DNA of 28,215 nucleotides from positions 1 to 28,215 of IMG/VR virus record IMGVR_UViG_3300011337_000671; one strand, given 5' to 3'. Position 1 is the first letter of the stretch. Each line of letters opens with the position of its first letter. A model generated the notes under the pieces. It was given only the letters and a program-made list of their open reading frames with translations. It did not search any database and was not told where the DNA came from. This DNA is from a virus. Lineage: Duplodnaviria; Caudoviricetes. This document shows positions 23,126 through 28,215 of the stretch, one piece after another. The position numbers and the translations under genes were made by a program.

Positions 23126-24184
23126 TCAGCCCTCGTAGATGATGTTGGCAAGACCGGCATCAAAGGTGTCAGTGCCGTTGACGGTGGTAAGGCGTACGCG
23201 GTCAAGCGTTGCGGAAAGATTTTTAGCGCCTTGGAATGTTCCGGCAAACGTTGCGTTATCGCCAACTGTTCCGCTTGCAATCCATGTGTTACCGCCGCTG
23301 TTTACAAGTGTCAAAAATCCAAACCTTGACGCTGCTGCAATAGACCCTGGGGACACAAAACCACTTGAGTACGCTGCGTACGCGGAGGCGGCCCCAGTTA
23401 TAGCCATAGCGTCACCAAAGTAACCAGTGGTCTCGACGCCCCCCGAGTCGCCAAGTTGAATCTGAACTGGGCTTGTCCCGTTGGTGCTAACTCCGTCAAG
23501 CATCACCGTAATACGCCTAGCCCAGCTGGGGATACTGGTGAAGTCAATGCTGGTGCCGCTAGTAGTTGCAACAGCAGTGCCGCGCACCAATCGGCTGCGG
23601 CTGGCAAAGCTGAGCACACCAGCTCCGTCAGTGATCAGCGCCTGATCGGCGGTGCCGTCAGCGGCTGGGACTGTAAGCGTTAGGTTTGTTGCAACTGTTG
23701 CCGGCGCCTGAAGTGCTACCCAGTTGCTACTGTCTATATCCATAAGGCGCAGATCGCCCTGCTCCCTGATGTGGATGCCAGTGCTATCGACAAATATGCG
23801 CTCAACGCCTGCAGTCGCCAACCCCACCGTGTTGGCGCTTTTGCGGTAGATGCCGGTATCGGGGTCGCCGGCAAATGCAATAGCAGGCAATGCAGCAGTG
23901 CCGGTAACGTCGGCCAGCAACGCGCCGTACATTGAGCCGCCGGCTAGGGCCAACAGGCCGAGGTTGGTGTCCGCCAGCCTGCCGACGGTGATCCAGGCGC
24001 TGTTGGCGGCGTTGCGGATTTTCAACAACCCAGTGGTTGTATCTGCCCACCATTGATAGGCGTATGTGGTGCTGGGCTGGGCGGCGCCGCTGTTCTGGCT
24101 GACAATTGCAGCCAAGCCGTTGTTCAAGTCAGCGCGGAAAGCAGCGCCTGACTGGTTGGAAATGATGTAGTCGTGCTGTGCCAC
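23126..24184 (-). CDS. Tail fibre / receptor-binding-type structural protein
   Basis: MAQHDYII.NQSGAAFRADLN N-terminus directly after J; beta-rich C-terminal domain. Confidence 0.8.
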   Translation of the reverse strand: MAQHDYIISNQSGAAFRADLNNGLAAIVSQNSGAAQPSTTYAYQWWADTTTGLLKIRNAANSAWITVGRLADTNLGLLALAGGSMYGALLADVTGTAALPAIAFAGDPDTGIYRKSANTVGLATAGVERIFVDSTGIHIREQGDLRLMDIDSSNWVALQAPATVATNLTLTVPAADGTADQALITDGAGVLSFASRSRLVRGTAVATTSGTSIDFTSIPSWARRITVMLDGVSTNGTSPVQIQLGDSGGVETTGYFGDAMAITGAASAYAAYSSGFVSPGSIAAASRFGFLTLVNSGGNTWIASGTVGDNATFAGTFQGAKNLSATLDRVRLTTVNGTDTFDAGLANIIYEG

Positions 24185-24187
24185 TGC

Positions 24188-27100
24188 TTAGATCTCCCTG
24201 CCGTAGCCGACGGCAGTGTAGCTGAACTGTCTGCTCACGGATGTGCCAGCGCTGTTCTTAAATTCTACTGTAAAGCCAAAGCGTGTCACTGCGGTGATCA
24301 AGAAGAAGTCCCCAGTAGCCATATTATTAGCCGTAATGCCGATATTGGGTGCTTGGTAGAAGGCATTGGTAAAGGTGGCGGTGTAGGTGCTGGCGCCGCT
24401 AGTAAGCACTGCTGATTGCTCAGTGTATAGCTGTAGCTCCATCTCCACGCCAAGCTCGTCGATCAGGATATTTATCGAAGGATCGCTTGAGGTGGCGATG
24501 GTTTTGAACTGGAAGCCTCTGCCGCGCACGATGGCATTAGCAAACTGGTTCCAGTCGCCGTAGACGGGAGTGCCAGCAGGGTCGTCGTTGGTAGTGCGCA
24601 CATACATCTCTGCGTTTACCCTGTCAAGATTGTCTTCATCAATTTGCGGCCACTCGTCGATTAGCAGTGTGTTGTCGTCAAATAACTGGCCAGGCAGAAT
24701 CGGCCGCGCCACAAAACGCCGCCTGATATTTACGTCAAAAACGCTGCCCATATCCCATGAACTACCAAACTCATACTCGCCGGCAGGATTGACGCCGCCA
24801 ATAACATCAATGGTCGCAAGAGCATCGAAGTTGCCGTCTGTGGCCAGGGTGTCTATGAGCTGCCCAGAGTCAATAACAATACCGTCTAGCTCTGGGTCGT
24901 AATACATTCCCGTGACGTTGCCGCTAAAGGGCGGCGTCTCTTGGTCCTCTGCGTATGTCTTCACCGCAAAGCGTGCTTGCGGTATAGGTAGGTCTACTAC
25001 TACTGCAGTGGCATTTATAGAGCGGTTGCCGAAGTCATCTTCAAACTTCAGTAGGTAGCTACCTTCGAGAAGGGGCACCTGCTTTTGCGTTTGGCTGCCT
25101 GCTGCCGCTGGGACAATCTCTTGTGAGTTTTCCCATGTAGGAGTAACAAGTGCGACGTTGTGCCGGATTAGCACCTTGCCGCCTAGCAACACGTCGAGGT
25201 CATTAGCACGATCCCAGTTGATAATGGCGCTTGCTTCGTCAATTGCAAGGATGCTCACGCCTACTACGTCCGAGGGCGGCGCAGTCTTGCCAAATGCTTG
25301 GAATGTCAGTAGTGCAGGTTGCAGCGAGGCTCTTAAGTTTGTGCCGATTGAATAAACCTCAATTGTGTAAACGCCGGGGGATGTGTCAAGGATTTCAAAG
25401 TCAAGCCGCGAAACCGTGAAGATGTTCCAGTTGCCGGAACCAAAGCGCCAACGTATTTTGTAATCCTTAACTGCTAGCACTGGCTGCCAATCAACGACAA
25501 GCTTGCTCTTGGCAATGCCGCCGCCATCGTATAAGACTTCTGTAGCGGCTAGATTAGTTGGCGGCTCGGGAATAATGTTTAGGTCTGTTATGTCGCGCTG
25601 CTGTAGCGGCTGGTCGCGCTCAATGTAATCGTACTTGCTGGCGTTATAAGAGAGTGCGCTGACGCTGTAGTTAATGCCGTCCTGCTCTTGGATGGCTAGT
25701 ACCCGCCACGTTGAAGGCTGGATGTTGCTGGTTTCGTAGATCCAGACGCTGTTTGCGTTTGGCGCAGTGGTAAATGCGCTTGATACCGTGATGACATTGC
25801 CGGCGATGGATGCAACCGTGCGTTTCTCAACGGCGCCGCTGGGCAGAATTGCAGAGAGCTGAGCGCCTGATGCCGTTAGGCCGGTGGCGTCATCGACTGT
25901 GATGGCTGTTGTGGTTGCGGCAGAGATGCGCCCGCCGCGTCTTGCGCCCGCCTTGACTGGATCGGCTACCTCAATTACCTGCCCTGGCCGTACCACAACA
26001 CCGGCATCAACGCTGGTTGTAAATGTGATGGTTTCGTTTTCGTAGCGCTCGGAATAAATAATCCACTCACCGATGCGCCGTGCTTGACCGCGACTGGTAC
26101 AGGCAAAGGCGCTAATTTCAGTTTTAATTACGCCGTACTTGGCAATGTTTTCAGCATCTTCTACTACTTCAAATACAGTGTCGCGTAGTTCCAGATCTAG
26201 GTAACTAACTACAGCAACATTGGGTCGCGTCTTAAGGCTGCTGTTGCTGTAACTGAAACCTTCCTCAGTGACGTTCGCCAGCGTAAACAGGTAGGCCGGA
26301 TCTACTGGTTTGTCTTGGGCGACGGTCAGCGAGCCAAGTCCCCAGAAGGGCATCACGCGAAACACGCTGCACATATCGTTGATCAGCTTGTATGCGTCTT
26401 CCTGCGTTTGGATGTTGCAGTTGCAGGAGAAGCGAGGCTCGTAGCCGCCGAAGCCGTCGAGCACCAGTTCGGATGCATATTGCGAGGCCGAGAAAAATGC
26501 AAACTTATCTAGGCTTGCGGCGGTGATGTGCTCACCGAATCCGTACCTGGTGCTGGTCAGCAAGTCCCACAAGATCCAGGCAGGGTCGCTGGTCCATTGG
26601 GCAGCGCCAAACGTGCCATTCCAGACGCCTGCATAGGTGATGCGGCCGTTGGTTTGGTCAACGGTTGCATTGCTGGGTACGACCACCTTGACGCCCCGTA
26701 CCCGGTAGCTGCGGCTGGGGATACTGTTGAACTGCTCGGCGTCAATGCGGATGCCAACCAATGCACTATTGGGATATGCAATCTTGGCGTAGATTATTTC
26801 TGTGTAGCTGGACCAAGAGAATTCATTTGCCGTGCGCAGGTCGTTGCTGTCAGGAGTGATGCGCGTGACGCGGACATCCACCGGAAACGTGCCAGCTAGG
26901 CCAATTAGATAATCGCGCTGGTACAGGTCGCCTGATCGCCCTGCGATGGTGTCGTCAATGACGGTAGTGAAGCCGCCACCGTTGTATTGAATGGCGATCT
27001 GCAGTCGGACCGCTTCGCCTACGGTGTCGCCCTCGTTGGTGATGCGCTCCAGGCGCGGCACTGTGATGGTGACGCGGACTGCTTCGGTTTGTGAGTCGGT

Positions 27101-27439
27101 GATGGTGCGGGTGACAGGGCCATCGTTGCGGACCGTTACGCTGACCGGGCGTTCATCTTCGATTACACCAGCAAAAGGTATGACATCTTGATTCTGTGTG
27201 CCATTGCGCGTGTAGATCGTGACGTTTTGAAAGTTGAAGGTGCCGTCTGGGTTTTGCAGCGGCGTGTTATCAAGGAAGATGCTTTTGAACCCGTCTTTAA
27301 GGCCGGCGATCTCTCCTTCGCTGATTAGGTCAATGACCTGGGCGTACTGAGTTGAGTCAAGGCTGTCGGTTGCAGTGGTTGGGGTGCGAGCAGCACCGCC
27401 GCCGCCTTTGCCGCCGCCGCCTGCGCCGATGATGGTCAT
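24188..27439 (-). CDS. Tail tip / host-specificity protein (lambda J-like)
   Basis: 1083 aa; DLISEGEI.GL, YPNSALVG, W.GTF..A.WT..PAW, FACTSRGQARR.G.W motifs; FN3-like C-terminal region. Confidence 0.93.
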   Translation of the reverse strand: MTIIGAGGGGKGGGGAARTPTTATDSLDSTQYAQVIDLISEGEIAGLKDGFKSIFLDNTPLQNPDGTFNFQNVTIYTRNGTQNQDVIPFAGVIEDERPVSVTVRNDGPVTRTITDSQTEAVRVTITVPRLERITNEGDTVGEAVRLQIAIQYNGGGFTTVIDDTIAGRSGDLYQRDYLIGLAGTFPVDVRVTRITPDSNDLRTANEFSWSSYTEIIYAKIAYPNSALVGIRIDAEQFNSIPSRSYRVRGVKVVVPSNATVDQTNGRITYAGVWNGTFGAAQWTSDPAWILWDLLTSTRYGFGEHITAASLDKFAFFSASQYASELVLDGFGGYEPRFSCNCNIQTQEDAYKLINDMCSVFRVMPFWGLGSLTVAQDKPVDPAYLFTLANVTEEGFSYSNSSLKTRPNVAVVSYLDLELRDTVFEVVEDAENIAKYGVIKTEISAFACTSRGQARRIGEWIIYSERYENETITFTTSVDAGVVVRPGQVIEVADPVKAGARRGGRISAATTTAITVDDATGLTASGAQLSAILPSGAVEKRTVASIAGNVITVSSAFTTAPNANSVWIYETSNIQPSTWRVLAIQEQDGINYSVSALSYNASKYDYIERDQPLQQRDITDLNIIPEPPTNLAATEVLYDGGGIAKSKLVVDWQPVLAVKDYKIRWRFGSGNWNIFTVSRLDFEILDTSPGVYTIEVYSIGTNLRASLQPALLTFQAFGKTAPPSDVVGVSILAIDEASAIINWDRANDLDVLLGGKVLIRHNVALVTPTWENSQEIVPAAAGSQTQKQVPLLEGSYLLKFEDDFGNRSINATAVVVDLPIPQARFAVKTYAEDQETPPFSGNVTGMYYDPELDGIVIDSGQLIDTLATDGNFDALATIDVIGGVNPAGEYEFGSSWDMGSVFDVNIRRRFVARPILPGQLFDDNTLLIDEWPQIDEDNLDRVNAEMYVRTTNDDPAGTPVYGDWNQFANAIVRGRGFQFKTIATSSDPSINILIDELGVEMELQLYTEQSAVLTSGASTYTATFTNAFYQAPNIGITANNMATGDFFLITAVTRFGFTVEFKNSAGTSVSRQFSYTAVGYGREI

Positions 27440-28014
27440 GCCTGCACCTGCACGGTGTCAATGCCAGCGGAGATGACCACGCTGCCGACGATGGTTTCAC
27501 CGTAGACGATGGGCACCGGTACGCCTTGACGGCTGGTGTTTTGAATGCCGCTGAAGCTGTAGCTCTTGCGCGGATCGTTTTGCGTGTCAGGTCCAGTGGG
27601 TATCTTTGGTGTTGGCGTAAGTAGCTGGGCTACGCCACCAATGATTAGCGCACCGCCGATAAGTCCAATCTTTGTCATAAGAGCGCCGCCAATTGCAGCG
27701 CCGACACCAGGCAGCAACAGCGAAAACGCCACAAGTACGATACCCGCAATAATTCTGGCTGTTGCGCCAGCGCCGGCCATGACGGGCACGATCTTGATTT
27801 CTTGTTGGCCGGCAGGGTCGTGCAGCTCTTCTAGGTCGAGGTCGTAGGTGCCCACACTTACGCGGTAATGCTGGTCAGCCATGTGGCGTTCCAGCGCGGG
27901 CCAGTTCGCAACTAGGAATCGCACGGCTTCAGCGGCGGTTGCTACGTCGGCTTCAAGGATGCGGTGGCCGACAAACTTAGCCAGCTTGCCGTATAGCTTG
28001 ATCTTACGCAACAT
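27436..28014 (-). CDS. Tail assembly protein I (lambda I-like)
   Basis: IKLYGKL...[41 protein letters not shown]. Confidence 0.92.
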   Translation of the reverse strand: MLRKIKLYGKLAKFVGHRILEADVATAAEAVRFLVANWPALERHMADQHYRVSVGTYDLDLEELHDPAGQQEIKIVPVMAGAGATARIIAGIVLVAFSLLLPGVGAAIGGALMTKIGLIGGALIIGGVAQLLTPTPKIPTGPDTQNDPRKSYSFSGIQNTSRQGVPVPIVYGETIVGSVVISAGIDTVQVQA

Positions 28015-28215
28015 GACGCAACCTCCTACCCGTACACTTTAGGAGCCAACCGGAATAGAAGTCACGTCCGCTTAGTCGATGTTGGATGTGGTGCAGCACT
28101 TCTTGATGGCCGAGGTAGACGGCGCAGTGGTTGAGGCCCGTGCTGTTGATGGCCATAAGCAGTGCATCACCGTGCTGCAGTTCTTCATCTTCCTCCAGTT
28201 CGCGGAAGCCGGTGT
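28004..28215 (-). CDS. Tail assembly protein K (NlpC/P60), 3' part only
   Basis: Hand translation GFRELEE...GDALLM...NHCAVYLG...LHH...LSGRD.Y..W...T..RLRH; sits upstream of I. Confidence 0.88.
   Translation of the reverse strand, partial: TGFRELEEDEELQHGDALLMAINSTGLNHCAVYLGHQEVLHHIQHRLSGRDFYSGWLLKCTGRRLRHVA

Noticed and set aside
1-28215. HIP1 (GCGATCGC) enrichment, tRNA genes, integrase/att site
   Set aside because: None found by eye; the lifestyle (temperate or lytic) cannot be determined from this window.

Overview
GC-rich tailed-phage (siphovirus-like) genome segment, most likely from a cyanophage of a Synechococcus/Cyanobium-type host; the host is inferred from protein families recalled by eye and no database search was run. 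Layout: (1) 1-387, a partial leftward gene with unusual composition. (2) 537-1052, a non-coding control region with a 7x24-bp tandem array, a ~180-nt multi-stem structured element and a duplicated ~55-bp palindromic unit. (3) ~1056-9504, a leftward early/accessory arm: small ORFs, HNH, NUMOD1-like protein, RlpA-like protein, an adenylation-domain-only NAD+ DNA ligase, NrdR-like zinc ribbon, PD-(D/E)XK exonuclease and probable SSB. (4) 9708-17763, a rightward replication arm: primase-polymerase/helicase with internal iteron-like repeats, family A DNA polymerase, an RNA polymerase alpha-CTD-like protein and dNMP kinase. (5) 17773-28215, leftward HNH, dCTP deaminase, lysis cassette, tail fibres and lambda-like J/I/K tail-tip genes. 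The main unexplained signals are the structured control region, a strong arm-specific enrichment of CTTAG/CTAAG with a dispersed ~20-bp repeat family, the stand-alone ligase domain, the alpha-CTD mimic, and AT/TA-rich patches lying over conserved catalytic motifs. No integrase, tRNA or CRISPR array was seen.
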